DNA from: Candidatus Dojkabacteria bacterium
GTDB lineage: Bacteria > Patescibacteriota > Dojkabacteria > GCA-002793355
Length of the DNA: 64,000 nt
Reading direction: 5' to 3'
NCBI GenBank assembly: GCA_030583685.1
Contig: CP129470.1
Span: forward strand, 404,345-468,344
Part shown: positions 10,170-20,530 of the stretch, piece after piece
Position numbering within the stretch: the stretch's first letter is position 1
How the letters are laid out: each line of letters starts with the position of its first letter
The notes under the pieces: model-generated
What the model was told of the DNA's origin: nothing
Database searches by the model: none
What the model saw: only the letters and a program-made list of their open reading frames with translations
Translations under genes and position numbers: made by a program

Positions 10170-11039
10170 ATGATTCGAGCAGCAATCTTTGATATTGATG
10201 GTGTTATTCTCGGGCACAAACCAGGAGTTACTTTTCCGATTCCGTCTCCGAGCGTGCGGGAGCGTTTACAAATTTTGGCAATGAATATTCCTGTTTCACT
10301 CTGCACAGTAAAAGTATTTTTTGCAGTAAAACCAATAATCGAAGCTTGTCATATCGAAAACGCTCCTCACATTGTCGATGCGGGTGCAACAATAGCATCG
10401 GCAAATACCTTTGAACTACAGGCAACCGCTATTTCCACTCCTCACGCGCAACAATTACTCGGAGAACTCAATAAAAAGGGAATTTATTCAGAATGGTATA
10501 CCACTTTAGGACAGTATACGTTTACTTCAGGCGACACGAGGATCCGTGAGTCAAGAACGGTTCTGTTTGGAAAAGAAGCAACACTTCTCACTGAGCCAAC
10601 TGAAGAGGATATTGTAAAAATCATCGTCTTTCCTATGACTGAGGAGCAGAAACACGCACTTCGCGAAATCGAGATGAAATATCAGAAATACGCGACGCTG
10701 AAGTGGGGAATAAACCCGTCAAAAATCCCTTACGAAAATGCATTCTTTACCCATCCATTAGCAACAAAATATCACGGAGCACAAAAAATTGCTGCGTTGA
10801 CAGGTATTCCTTTAGCAGAGACACTGGGAGTCGGTGACAGCACCAACGATTGGAGTTTTATGCAGCAATGTGGCTACGTTGCAACGCTCTCCAATGCAAA
10901 TGAAGCACTCAAAGAGTTAGTTTCTTCACGGCAGGGTTTTGTGAGCGACCAGTCAGTCGAAGATGACGGAATTCTCACTATTCTTGACCATTTTGCACCT
11001 GAGCTTCCTCAGTTGGTTTCCCCAACGCATACTTCATAA
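10170..11039 (+). CDS. HAD-IIB (Cof-type) hydrolase
   Basis: Motif I IFDIDGVIL at the N-terminus. C-terminal GVGDSTNDWSFMQ is typical of Cof-like phosphatases. Confidence 0.7.
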   Translation: MIRAAIFDIDGVILGHKPGVTFPIPSPSVRERLQILAMNIPVSLCTVKVFFAVKPIIEACHIENAPHIVDAGATIASANTFELQATAISTPHAQQLLGELNKKGIYSEWYTTLGQYTFTSGDTRIRESRTVLFGKEATLLTEPTEEDIVKIIVFPMTEEQKHALREIEMKYQKYATLKWGINPSKIPYENAFFTHPLATKYHGAQKIAALTGIPLAETLGVGDSTNDWSFMQQCGYVATLSNANEALKELVSSRQGFVSDQSVEDDGILTILDHFAPELPQLVSPTHTS

Positions 11040-11715
11040 TATGCGTTAAAACTAGCTCTTTTTCAGAAAACGTTACTCTATTTTTCTTGTATACTCCCTG
11101 AATTCCAAGGTCACTTCCAATTTTTGTCGCAAGGTTATATACCAACGTACTATGCTCATCAAACGGTGTCGAAATCATTATTGACTCAGGATCAATATGA
11201 ATTCCCAAGCGACTCACGAGTTTCGCAAGCCCTGTACTGCTGTCAAAAATTGGAAATCCTTCGAAAAATCCTAAAACTTTACAGGGCTTCGAGAGCTCGG
11301 ACAAATATTCTTCAGGCAAATCAAACGTGTCACTCGTCAAAAAAGCAACAGCATCCTTAATTATCTGTTTGCGATCAGCATACAACAAATGGTCAGTTGA
11401 ATAGCGATTATAATAGGCCGCCAATTTTGATTTGTTCCAGTAGAAGGTGACATCATTTTGCGACTCAACAACAGGTCGTTCGTCAAAATATGCAGGGTAA
11501 GAAATGCCGAGTATTCTTAACGCTGGAATTAACGTGCTTGTATTTGCAGTCATCTGAACACGCACAACCGACTCTTCCTTTTTTCCCTGCAACTGATCGT
11601 AAATCAAAGGAGAATCCTTGGTTGCAATAAACTCTTTTCCTGAAACCATTACTCCCTTCAATTCTGAATCGAATATAAGTTTTTTATCACCACCCAACAC
11701 GAGGGGAAATTCCAT
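10978..11715 (-). CDS. Hypothetical protein
   Basis: 245-aa ORF with no recognisable motifs. It is the last gene of a minus-strand run with two surface-protein genes. Confidence 0.45.
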   Translation of the reverse strand: MEFPLVLGGDKKLIFDSELKGVMVSGKEFIATKDSPLIYDQLQGKKEESVVRVQMTANTSTLIPALRILGISYPAYFDERPVVESQNDVTFYWNKSKLAAYYNRYSTDHLLYADRKQIIKDAVAFLTSDTFDLPEEYLSELSKPCKVLGFFEGFPIFDSSTGLAKLVSRLGIHIDPESIMISTPFDEHSTLVYNLATKIGSDLGIQGVYKKNRVTFSEKELVLTHIMKYALGKPTEEAQVQNGQE

Positions 11716-11717
11716 TG

Positions 11718-13484
11718 TTACTTTTTCCTCCGCTGCATCACCTTTGTTTCGAATTGTTTTTTACGATTTGCCTTTAATGCAAGCTCTCTCTTCTTAGATT
11801 CAACTTTCTTCTCAACAGTTGAACCAAGCCCTTGTAATTTCTCAAGTGCTTTGCTTCCGCCAGGCGCATACAACAGGTACCCTCCGAACAAAATGATCAC
11901 ACCGCTCAATGCGAAAATGAATAATGGTTCGTCGAAAATTCCAGTAACTGGATTACACGTCTGGGCGACTTCAAATTGATACGTAATATCATCGATCGCG
12001 TCTGCTCCTTCTGGAGTGATGACCACACGGTTAGTATTGATTCCAGTCACTGCAGTCGTGGACGCAATCGTAGTAAAAACGATGGTCAAGGTTTGTCCTT
12101 GCGCTAATGTCCAGGCAGGTTGCCCCGCAGGAGGCGCAAAGGTTACTTTTTGAGACGACCCTGAATTTACCGTGGTCACATAGGTATCCGACATCACATT
12201 TCCGTTTATTCTTGTAGAGTTTGCTTTGTAGGTAAACCCTTGTGGTAACGCATCTTCCACTTTTTCAATAACAGAAGGAGCTTCGCCATTGTTGGTTACG
12301 GTAATGGTGAATGTTGCTTCGTTGTTTGGAGCAATTCGTTCAACACAAACAGGTCCTGTTTTTCGAGAACTAATAATTGTTGAGGGTGTTGGCGTTGTTG
12401 TGGTCGTCGTTGTCGTACGACAAATAAGCTTGAATTTGGCAATATTTCCTCGAAAGTCAATGGCATTGGCACCAGCGGCTGGCATTGCATTTTCATAGGT
12501 TGCATCTGCAAGAGTTTCGTGCGCATATCCCATTTTGACCCATGACGGATCTCCTGCTACTTGCCCCGCTTTGTTACTGAGATTGTAATAAAAGGTTCTG
12601 TTGGAAACATCCATATTATAACGAATATACTTGTTAGTCGGGCAATTGAAGAGTCGTGATGTCGAATTAAAAGAACACAGTGCATCACTGTAGGTTAAAC
12701 TCCCGTTTTGACATGTTCCATTCGTACATACATCGTTATTACAACGCCAGTTATATATTGGAAAAATTGACTCAGTATCAACAGTCGTCAGCGTTGATTT
12801 ATCCAGTATGTACGTTACCCCGTTTCGAGTAATCGTATTCCCTGCCAAATCGTACATGTCCATATTTAAGAAAACATCAACCTCGTTATTATCATAAACA
12901 AGATTTGACAGGTTCATTTCATCCGGCCACGTCACTAAATAATTAGCGACCGTTGAGTTTTTGATGGATTGTGAATAAAAGAGCGCACCGGGAACTGCAT
13001 TATCATCACACGCATAGAAATCTGGAGGGTTACATTGCGCAACTGATTGTCCATCACGACACAAGGTTGCAGGATCATTTATTGTTTTCCAATTACACGC
13101 ACCACCTAACGCGTTGGAACATACCGTTCCTAAAGGAGTCCCTCTTTGACCTACATCTCTACGGATTTGTTTGAACGTAAAACGTGCAGCAAGCGGTAAT
13201 TTTTGTCCAGTACTCTGTCCATTTGCGTCGACTACCTCACAATACGCAAGTGCACCAAGTTGCCGCACTGCATACGTTGGGTCACTGGCCTGTGAAACAG
13301 CTGCAGTCGCAGGATTTCCAGCGGTATCTGCACTTGGTCGACTAGGGCGAATACTCTGAAGTTGCTGCAATCGAATAGCGACTCCAATTAAAATAGCTGA
13401 CAACACAAACATAACGTACACAGCGATTAATACCCTCACTTTTACTATTTTCGCTTTTTGCTGTACTTCGTATTTATATGCCAT
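11718..13484 (-). CDS. Membrane-anchored surface protein with a poly-Thr linker and a DUF11/CARDB-like domain
   Basis: N-terminal TM. Cys-rich extracellular region. TTTTTTTTPTPS linker. Domain ATFTITVTNNGEAPS...LPQGFTY. C-terminal TM plus basic/coiled tail. Confidence 0.6.
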   Translation of the reverse strand: MAYKYEVQQKAKIVKVRVLIAVYVMFVLSAILIGVAIRLQQLQSIRPSRPSADTAGNPATAAVSQASDPTYAVRQLGALAYCEVVDANGQSTGQKLPLAARFTFKQIRRDVGQRGTPLGTVCSNALGGACNWKTINDPATLCRDGQSVAQCNPPDFYACDDNAVPGALFYSQSIKNSTVANYLVTWPDEMNLSNLVYDNNEVDVFLNMDMYDLAGNTITRNGVTYILDKSTLTTVDTESIFPIYNWRCNNDVCTNGTCQNGSLTYSDALCSFNSTSRLFNCPTNKYIRYNMDVSNRTFYYNLSNKAGQVAGDPSWVKMGYAHETLADATYENAMPAAGANAIDFRGNIAKFKLICRTTTTTTTTPTPSTIISSRKTGPVCVERIAPNNEATFTITVTNNGEAPSVIEKVEDALPQGFTYKANSTRINGNVMSDTYVTTVNSGSSQKVTFAPPAGQPAWTLAQGQTLTIVFTTIASTTAVTGINTNRVVITPEGADAIDDITYQFEVAQTCNPVTGIFDEPLFIFALSGVIILFGGYLLYAPGGSKALEKLQGLGSTVEKKVESKKRELALKANRKKQFETKVMQRRKK

Positions 13485-13493
13485 GAATTGTCA

Positions 13494-14063
13494 TTATAGC
13501 TTAATCGTATATGGTTCAGCGACGCCAGTTGAATAATCGGTTGTTTGACCATAAGGCAACCAGTGACGTTTGTAACTCAAAATCAAGTAATAATATACTT
13601 CTGTCGCTTCTCCGACTGATTCTTTTGGTATCGTAAACGAATGTGTTGTCGCCTTACTCTCCTCACTCGTCACAGTAAACCAACTTCCTGCAACAGGTAC
13701 TCCGTTAACCCTATCTTTCATTGCTTGAGATACCCTATCCGCCCGAACTGGTGTTAGATAAAGGGCTACGCCAACTTCCTCAGCAGTGGTAAAAGTAAGG
13801 ACAATATTCCCAGCTTCATCTCTTGTTGTGGCAACGCTTTGTGGTTCTAATTTACGCATATCGCCAATTGTCGGACTATTTGCCTCTCCGCTTGGAGTGG
13901 GGGTAACATTCCCAGAAGGGATATCCTGAGGATCTGGAAATAATGTTGTACTTGCATAATAGCTTCCAACACCAAAAAGCACGAGGGAAACAGTAGCAAG
14001 TACTCCGAGAATGATTTGCTTGGTTAAGGACATTACCATATAATAGCGACACACAAGCATCAT
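13494..14063 (-). CDS. Small membrane-anchored hypothetical protein
   Basis: 189-aa ORF with an N-terminal TM (ILGVLATVSLVLFGVGSYY). It sits directly upstream of the 588-aa surface protein. Confidence 0.5.
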   Translation of the reverse strand: MMLVCRYYMVMSLTKQIILGVLATVSLVLFGVGSYYASTTLFPDPQDIPSGNVTPTPSGEANSPTIGDMRKLEPQSVATTRDEAGNIVLTFTTAEEVGVALYLTPVRADRVSQAMKDRVNGVPVAGSWFTVTSEESKATTHSFTIPKESVGEATEVYYYLILSYKRHWLPYGQTTDYSTGVAEPYTIKL

Positions 14064-16149
14064 GTCAACGAAAAACTATCCCAAAAAACTAACTCTTTTC
14101 TATATCCTCATTAGTGGACTATTTCTCTTTTTCGTGACACTGATTATTGCTCCTTTTGTAAATATCACAACACTCGCGGATTACTTTGTCATCAGTAAAG
14201 TGTTATTTCTTTCACTCGCTGCGATAATTGGCTGTATTAACTGCATGTTGTTACTCCCTCTGTTTTATAAAACACACGCTTCTTTGAAAAGAAATGCATG
14301 GACAAAGAAAATCATGATTGGAACAATACTTTCTATTGCAATTTCAGTACTTTTTTCTGCTTCACTCAAGACTTCCTTGTTTGGAATGTATAGTGCGTGG
14401 GAATCAAATCTTATGATGAGTGTGCTCTATTTCGTGTTACTTCTCTCATGGATTACATTCTTTGCTGTCCTCAGACAATCAAAGTTGGAGAGTATTTTCT
14501 TCCACCTCCTGATGACTCTTCTCATTTTGACCACGATTGTCTATGGTATTGGAGAATATTACTACTGGAAACCTTCTACTGGTTACATTTCAAATTCCGT
14601 CTTCAGAATTTCACTGGGCTTTAAAAATCCCTTATTCGCGGCGTACTTCATTGGGATACTGTGGAACTTCTCTTTTTATACGTTAGTGACCCAATTATCA
14701 AATGTTTCACGAGGCGCTCTTTCGCTAGTAAAAAGTGCTGGATTCTTTATTATGTATTCAGGAATTACTCTAACGCTGTTTCTCACTTTTACCAGAAGTG
14801 CTTGGATTGCAGCAATTATCAGCTCGGTAGTCATACTCGCAGTACTTGTCCTCCAACAAAGAAACGTACTCCCCCGTCTGTTTCACTTCCGAATAGCAAT
14901 AAGCGTTGTTATGGTTATTGTCGTCACTGGAGCCATTGGCTACTTTTTCCGTAATGAAATCTCCCAGAGAAACTCAGACCTTGCCAGCGAGTCTCACAAT
15001 ACCCTCTTTACGATTGCCCGATCTCTCGGAAAAGATGATACGCCAGAAGCAGCACTCGACTTCTACCAGCAAGCGGCAACTATCTCAAGCTCAGAGATTA
15101 GATTACGGGAATGGAGTTGGGGAATTCGTACATGGACAGGCTCTGTTAAAAATTTTCTCTTTGGTGTTGGACCAGATGCTGGTTTTTTTGAAATGCCAAA
15201 ATATCGAGACCCGTATTTCAATAATATCCCGACAGATGCAGCAACAAAACCCTTCTATGTCAGAAATATGTATCTCAATACCCTCATGCAAATTGGTGTT
15301 CTTGCGTCACTCGGGATGATTGCAGGAGTTTTTCTCGTTATACAACGCTTACGCAGACAAAAGGAATTCGCAACGTTGTCCTTGGTCATCGCATTCCTTG
15401 CACAGGGACTTTTTTATTATCCAACACACCTGACCATCGTGCTGGTACTTTTTGGTGTAGCCTATTGGGTCTCAAAACAACTTCCCGAAGACATGCTGAT
15501 AACCAGAACACCAAACCACCTTGAAAAAGCGCTCTTTTTCTTGCTCGTCGGTGCAATCCTCCTTTGGTCCACTTCCCTCTTCCGAGCAAGTACCGTTATC
15601 GGAATTTTTAATGTACTTGAATACCCCCCACCGCTTCAAGAAATGGAGAAACAGGTGACCATTCCAATCAATAATAACGTACTTAAGCGATATCTCGTCT
15701 ACTACTATCCGACCTCGATTCAAGGCTCATCTTTACTTGAGAAACTCGCCAAAAGCAATGATCCTGATGATTTACGCATTGTTGCAGACGCATACTATCT
15801 TCGAGCAAAAAGCAATAAGTCAATTTCTGACACATTTCTCTCTATTGATGCCTTGCAAAAATTGCTTACAATTGACAATACACTTCCTGCAACTTGGGAC
15901 AATCTTGGAATTCGTTATTTGGCAATCGGAGAGCTTTCGGAAGCACGCGCATCGTTCCTGAAAGCAATAGAACTCAAAGAAGATTATTGGTATGCCTATC
16001 TCCATATGGGAGAAGTCTCCCGTCAACAATGTAACCCACAAGAAGCGTTAGACTGGTACAAGAAGGCGGAACAATTCGTGCCATCTGCAGAAACCGAAAT
16101 AGCCGAAGCAGAGGCAGAGATTGCCGAGCCAAGGCCAGAATGTCAGTAG
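14062..16149 (+). CDS. O-antigen-ligase-like (Wzy_C) polytopic membrane protein with C-terminal TPR repeats
   Basis: About 12 TM segments. O-antigen-ligase-type motif FTRSAWIAAIISS. C-terminal TPR-like LGIRYLAIGELSEARASFLKAIEL... Confidence 0.6.
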   Translation: MSTKNYPKKLTLFYILISGLFLFFVTLIIAPFVNITTLADYFVISKVLFLSLAAIIGCINCMLLLPLFYKTHASLKRNAWTKKIMIGTILSIAISVLFSASLKTSLFGMYSAWESNLMMSVLYFVLLLSWITFFAVLRQSKLESIFFHLLMTLLILTTIVYGIGEYYYWKPSTGYISNSVFRISLGFKNPLFAAYFIGILWNFSFYTLVTQLSNVSRGALSLVKSAGFFIMYSGITLTLFLTFTRSAWIAAIISSVVILAVLVLQQRNVLPRLFHFRIAISVVMVIVVTGAIGYFFRNEISQRNSDLASESHNTLFTIARSLGKDDTPEAALDFYQQAATISSSEIRLREWSWGIRTWTGSVKNFLFGVGPDAGFFEMPKYRDPYFNNIPTDAATKPFYVRNMYLNTLMQIGVLASLGMIAGVFLVIQRLRRQKEFATLSLVIAFLAQGLFYYPTHLTIVLVLFGVAYWVSKQLPEDMLITRTPNHLEKALFFLLVGAILLWSTSLFRASTVIGIFNVLEYPPPLQEMEKQVTIPINNNVLKRYLVYYYPTSIQGSSLLEKLAKSNDPDDLRIVADAYYLRAKSNKSISDTFLSIDALQKLLTIDNTLPATWDNLGIRYLAIGELSEARASFLKAIELKEDYWYAYLHMGEVSRQQCNPQEALDWYKKAEQFVPSAETEIAEAEAEIAEPRPECQ

Positions 16150-16166
16150 TGTTATAATTCCCTAGT

Positions 16167-16238
16167 GCGGGCGTAGTTCAGTGGTAGAATGTCTGCTTCC
16201 CAAGCAGAAGATCGCGGGTTCGACTCCCGTCGCCCGCT
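16167..16238 (+). tRNA. tRNA-Gly (anticodon CCC)
   Basis: Hand-folded cloverleaf: acceptor GCGGGCG/CGCCCGC, anticodon loop TTCCCAA, T-loop TTCGACT, discriminator U. Confidence 0.85.
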
Positions 16239-16367
16239 CATAAACACCAACTCTATTCCTGTTTTCCCGTGCATAAACTCAGTAGGCAACGGTCTAGGTC
16301 ACCGCGAAGTTCCCGTGGATGTGTTATAATTCTCCAGCAAGTGAGTAGCCTATTTCACCTGAGATCC

Positions 16368-18170
16368 ATGAATAAAAAATTTGAGAAGATCAAACGATTT
16401 CTCCGAATCAATCTATTTGTCCAACAATTACGATTCCAAACCTTTCGCTGGTGGTATTGGGTAGATCTTGCGGCAAACATCATTGACCGTAGTCGTCCAA
16501 TTTTTGACACGTTTATGCTCGGTTTGATTATCAACGAAGTACAGTTATTTGTCGGGAAAGAAATTACGTCGCTCACGAATCTCTATTGGTTCATTGGAAT
16601 AACAGTCGGTGTACGAATAATAGCCGGCCTGTTTGGACAATTTTATTTCCGTTTTGACTGGTTTTTCTCGTATTACGCAATGCAGGTGGCCATCGAGAAA
16701 GCCTTTATGGATAAACTTTCATACCTGAACTGGGAGCATATTGAAAATCCAAAAATGGAAAAAAGAATTAATATGACCTTTAATCGATCACTTGATTATA
16801 TTTCGAGGTTAGCAGATTTGCACGTAGATCTAGTTGTTTTTAGTATTACCCTCGTGACAACACTCTTGTTAGTGAGTGCGCCTACCTGGATAATTATTCT
16901 CATCATTCTCAAAGAACTCCCCAGTATCTATTGGACCGCGAAAGGAGCAAAAATGACGAATAAAGTCCAAGATGAGTCACAGTACGAGTGGATTAAGAAA
17001 AGCTCCCTCTTTGGATATTTTAGGGATTTTGCCACACTTCTAGAAATCAAAGTCGCTCGCGGAGAAGTATTTTTAAAAACTGTCTATGACTCAGTCACCC
17101 AAGAAATTAGAAGAAGATTCCTTGAAAAAGACAAGAAACTCCTTGCCCCTTGGCTTTTTATCAGTCTTTATGAAACTGTCATCAACTCTGGCATTTATGT
17201 GTACTACATTTATCAGGTTCTCTTCAACGGCATGCTGTTTGGTACTTTTCAATATACGACCAATTTAATCAACCAAATCGGAGCTACTATGTATCGTTTA
17301 ATCGTAAGACTCAACAACTCAGTTGATTACTACCGCTATGTGTCGTATGCCTACGAACTCCTTCATATGCAAAACGATCGACCAGACGGAACAATTGAAC
17401 TTGACACCAATCATATTGAGATTGAATTTAAAGATGTGTGGTTTAAATATCCCGGAGCAAAACGATATTCACTCAAAGGGGTCTCCATACACATTAAAGA
17501 CAACGAGAGACTCGCTATCGTTGGAGAAAACGGTGCAGGAAAAAGTACTTTTTTGAAGCTTCTCCATAGAATTTATGTGCCGACCAAAGGAGAAATTTTA
17601 ATCAATGGCATCCCTTCGCATGAATACTCAGCAGAATCGTATAATAAGAAAATTGCGGTAGTCACGCAAGACTTCGCTCGTTATATGACCTTAACAGTTG
17701 CGCAAAACATTGCAATTTACGATCCCAATAACACTGTTTCCTTGGAAAGAGTGCGAGAAGCAGCACGACTTGCCAATGCAGACGAATTTGTCGAGCAACT
17801 CCCCGAAAAATACAATAACTTTTTGACTAAAAAGCTTGAAGGAGGAACCGAACCTTCAACCGGACAATGGCAGAGTTTGGCCGTTGCACGACAATTCTAC
17901 TCAAACAGGCCTTTGGTCATTTTAGACGAGCCAACCTCTGCTATCGATCCAATTGCTGAGGCACAGATATTTTCGAATCTCTATGAACACGTTAGAGACA
18001 AGACAGTCATTGTCGTTTCTCACCGTTACAATACAGTTCGCGCAGCGGAAAGGATTATCGTCTTTAAGGATGGACAGATAATTGAGCAAGGGACTCATGA
18101 TGAACTTATCTCGCTCAATCAGTACTACGCAAAAGCGTTCTCTGTGCAACAAACAGAAAAGAAATTATAA
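16368..18170 (+). CDS. ABC transporter, fused permease/ATP-binding (exporter type)
   Basis: TM-rich N-terminal half. Walker A GENGAGKST, signature-like STGQWQS, Walker B LVILDEPTSAID. ATG at 16368 preferred over the track start 16269, which begins only about 30 nt after the tRNA. Confidence 0.8.
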   Translation: MNKKFEKIKRFLRINLFVQQLRFQTFRWWYWVDLAANIIDRSRPIFDTFMLGLIINEVQLFVGKEITSLTNLYWFIGITVGVRIIAGLFGQFYFRFDWFFSYYAMQVAIEKAFMDKLSYLNWEHIENPKMEKRINMTFNRSLDYISRLADLHVDLVVFSITLVTTLLLVSAPTWIIILIILKELPSIYWTAKGAKMTNKVQDESQYEWIKKSSLFGYFRDFATLLEIKVARGEVFLKTVYDSVTQEIRRRFLEKDKKLLAPWLFISLYETVINSGIYVYYIYQVLFNGMLFGTFQYTTNLINQIGATMYRLIVRLNNSVDYYRYVSYAYELLHMQNDRPDGTIELDTNHIEIEFKDVWFKYPGAKRYSLKGVSIHIKDNERLAIVGENGAGKSTFLKLLHRIYVPTKGEILINGIPSHEYSAESYNKKIAVVTQDFARYMTLTVAQNIAIYDPNNTVSLERVREAARLANADEFVEQLPEKYNNFLTKKLEGGTEPSTGQWQSLAVARQFYSNRPLVILDEPTSAIDPIAEAQIFSNLYEHVRDKTVIVVSHRYNTVRAAERIIVFKDGQIIEQGTHDELISLNQYYAKAFSVQQTEKKL

Positions 18171-18758
18171 AAAACTACTTTCTCTAAAATGTTGCCCCGA
18201 AAATTGGTAATACTCTAATGCAAGCGTCTCACTTTTCTTTTTCGTGACCCCAAGCTGTAGTCGTAATCGTCGCAACAGATGTTCTTTTGTCACAGTTTGT
18301 CCTTGCTGAAAAAGTTCTGGCAAAACGTACGCCATTCTTCCATTCGTTTCCACTTGCACTCCGTTGAGTTGCGGATTCCAGGATATTCCTAAGTTTTCTC
18401 TCTCGAAAGGAAGATAGATATGGATGATTACCTCGTTAAGCTCAAAGTTTTTTAATCGTGGAGTACGGGGATCATAAAACGCAGCATTGACTGCTAATTG
18501 TGGAAGAAGCTTTCCAATTGCCTCTACAGCCTCAAACACCCCATTTTCGCCCCTTATGTATGACTTCTTTCCGCTTCGTATCGTTTCCAGAAGGACAAAT
18601 AAACCACCCTTCCTCTCCAACTCTGCAGATACTTGCTGAGGATAGGGAAACTTATCTAGAGGGAGAGTGTTCTTTGTTTCTAAGAAATATTCAATCGCAA
18701 GTCTGGCATGTGAAAGTAATGCGTTCCCTGCTAATCCGCTTATTCCAAGGTCTTTCAT
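18165..18758 (-). CDS. AMMECR1-family protein (conserved RGC motif reads RGE)
   Basis: Pattern RLAIEYFL...GGLFVLL...IRGENG...AAFYDPRTPRL...NEVIIHIYLPFE follows the AMMECR1 fold order. Confidence 0.5.
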   Translation of the reverse strand: MKDLGISGLAGNALLSHARLAIEYFLETKNTLPLDKFPYPQQVSAELERKGGLFVLLETIRSGKKSYIRGENGVFEAVEAIGKLLPQLAVNAAFYDPRTPRLKNFELNEVIIHIYLPFERENLGISWNPQLNGVQVETNGRMAYVLPELFQQGQTVTKEHLLRRLRLQLGVTKKKSETLALEYYQFSGQHFRESSFL

Positions 18759-19579
18759 AGAATCTTCTCAAGACTTCCTTTTAGCGCAAGAATATTTTCA
18801 CCTGCCAGCTTCTTGCTCCCTGCAACGATAAGTTCAGTCACCAAGACTGTGCCCTTTTTCGTACCCACAATAAGGCCCAATTTTTTGACAAATGCAAAAG
18901 TACCAGGAGCCAACTCACCGGATTCGCTATACGGCATCGCCCTCAGGACATTCATTGTTGTCTCTGAACCATTTCGAATTATCGTCATCCACGCAAGTGG
19001 CTCTGGATTATAGGCACGAACGTTACGAATGAACTGCTTAGCAGGACAGTTCCGAGGCTCAAGCTTTGCATGTTCACGTGTCAATTCCCGTATATAACAA
19101 TAACTCGGCTCCCCTTCCTGAGGAACAAAGACCCAATCCTCGGGTTGCTGCAAGAGAATTTTGTCAAAGATTTCAGGCAAAAGAGAGTCCATATAGGTTT
19201 GTAACTCACCTGCGGTCCAGTCTTCGTCTATTTCTACTTCTCTTTGGAGTAAAATAGCGCCAGCATCCATTCCTTTTGCCATCTTTTGCACTGTAATCCC
19301 CGTTTTTTTCTCTCCCTCGCGAATTGCCGCTTCAACAGGAATCGCCCCCCGATATTTTGGAAGGAGAGAAAAATGAATATTAAGGAGTAACGAATTTTGT
19401 AAAAGACTCTCTGGAATTATTTTTCCAAAGTCGTACACAACTCCCCAATCTCCTTTCTGAGGAATATATTCCTGCAAAAAGATACCGTATTGTTCTTTGT
19501 TAACCAATTGATACGCAATACCTTTCGCTTTGAAAGAGCGCTCAATTGTTTCGGGACTCGAAGAGAATACATAAATCAT
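18755..19579 (-). CDS. fmt: Methionyl-tRNA formyltransferase
   Basis: NIHFSLLPKYRGAIPVEAAIREGEKKTGITVQKM..MDAGAIL matches the formyltransferase core. C-terminal Fmt-type domain. Confidence 0.8.
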   Translation of the reverse strand: MIYVFSSSPETIERSFKAKGIAYQLVNKEQYGIFLQEYIPQKGDWGVVYDFGKIIPESLLQNSLLLNIHFSLLPKYRGAIPVEAAIREGEKKTGITVQKMAKGMDAGAILLQREVEIDEDWTAGELQTYMDSLLPEIFDKILLQQPEDWVFVPQEGEPSYCYIRELTREHAKLEPRNCPAKQFIRNVRAYNPEPLAWMTIIRNGSETTMNVLRAMPYSESGELAPGTFAFVKKLGLIVGTKKGTVLVTELIVAGSKKLAGENILALKGSLEKIL

Positions 19580-19596
19580 CCCTCATTTTGTATCAA

Positions 19597-20502
19597 TTAA
19601 GCTTTCTTTGGTGGCTTGATTTCTACTCCAGTTGCCTCAAGTGCTGCAGAAAGTTGCTGCACCATACTATTGGCTCCCTCAGGTGCAGGATCAATAAAGA
19701 GTACTTTAGAGTTATTTGAACTGCCAATTGCTTTTACGGTATCGAAGTACTGCGACATGACAATAAGGTTCATCACTTCGTGCGTATTAAGATCCTTAAT
19801 ATTTTTCATATCATCAATTGAGTTTTTGAGACCATCGATAATTGCTTGTCTCTCCCCTGCGACACCTTCACCCAGAAGAATGCGCGATTCCTTCTCTGCT
19901 TCCGCTTCTTTTACCACACGAATTTTTGACGCCTCTGCTTCGTTAATTGCTGCCTCACGTAATCGTTGAGATGCGACGACACGACTCATTGCATCGGTAA
20001 TCACAACCGGAAACGAAATATCCATAATCTGAAAACCATGAATAATGATTCCCCAAGCCATAAACTTTTCGTTCAGATGTTGCTCCAAATATGCGGAAAT
20101 TTCCTCTCTCTTTTCTAGTAATTCCTCGTGCGTCTGAGTTGACACGAAGCTTCGGACATAGTTCTCTACAAAAGACGCAATTGTTTGTTTAGGATCTGTT
20201 AATTCATACCAATACTGTGTCACCTTGTTAACAGAAATTGCATAAATGAGGTTCGCTTTCAATCGAACCTGCACTTTATCTTTAGAAACCGCGTCTAACT
20301 CAAAGAGGAAGTTTCTTACCGCAAGATTCACCTGCACAGAAACGCGCTCAAGAATAGGGATAACGAGGTTAAACCCCGCTTTTAAAGTTCTTTGATATTT
20401 CCCCAAGAACTCTACAATTGCGACATGATTTTGGGGGACAATCTTAATCATTACCGCTAACAACACAACGACAAGCACACTAATTAAACCGAAAGGTGTC
20501 AT
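19597..20502 (-). CDS. SPFH/band-7 (stomatin/prohibitin-like) membrane protein
   Basis: N-terminal TM followed by IKIVPQNHVAIVEFLGKY, typical of SPFH domain proteins. Confidence 0.75.
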   Translation of the reverse strand: MTPFGLISVLVVVLLAVMIKIVPQNHVAIVEFLGKYQRTLKAGFNLVIPILERVSVQVNLAVRNFLFELDAVSKDKVQVRLKANLIYAISVNKVTQYWYELTDPKQTIASFVENYVRSFVSTQTHEELLEKREEISAYLEQHLNEKFMAWGIIIHGFQIMDISFPVVITDAMSRVVASQRLREAAINEAEASKIRVVKEAEAEKESRILLGEGVAGERQAIIDGLKNSIDDMKNIKDLNTHEVMNLIVMSQYFDTVKAIGSSNNSKVLFIDPAPEGANSMVQQLSAALEATGVEIKPPKKA

Positions 20503-20530
20503 GATACTCAGTATTAACTTAACCTAGCTA

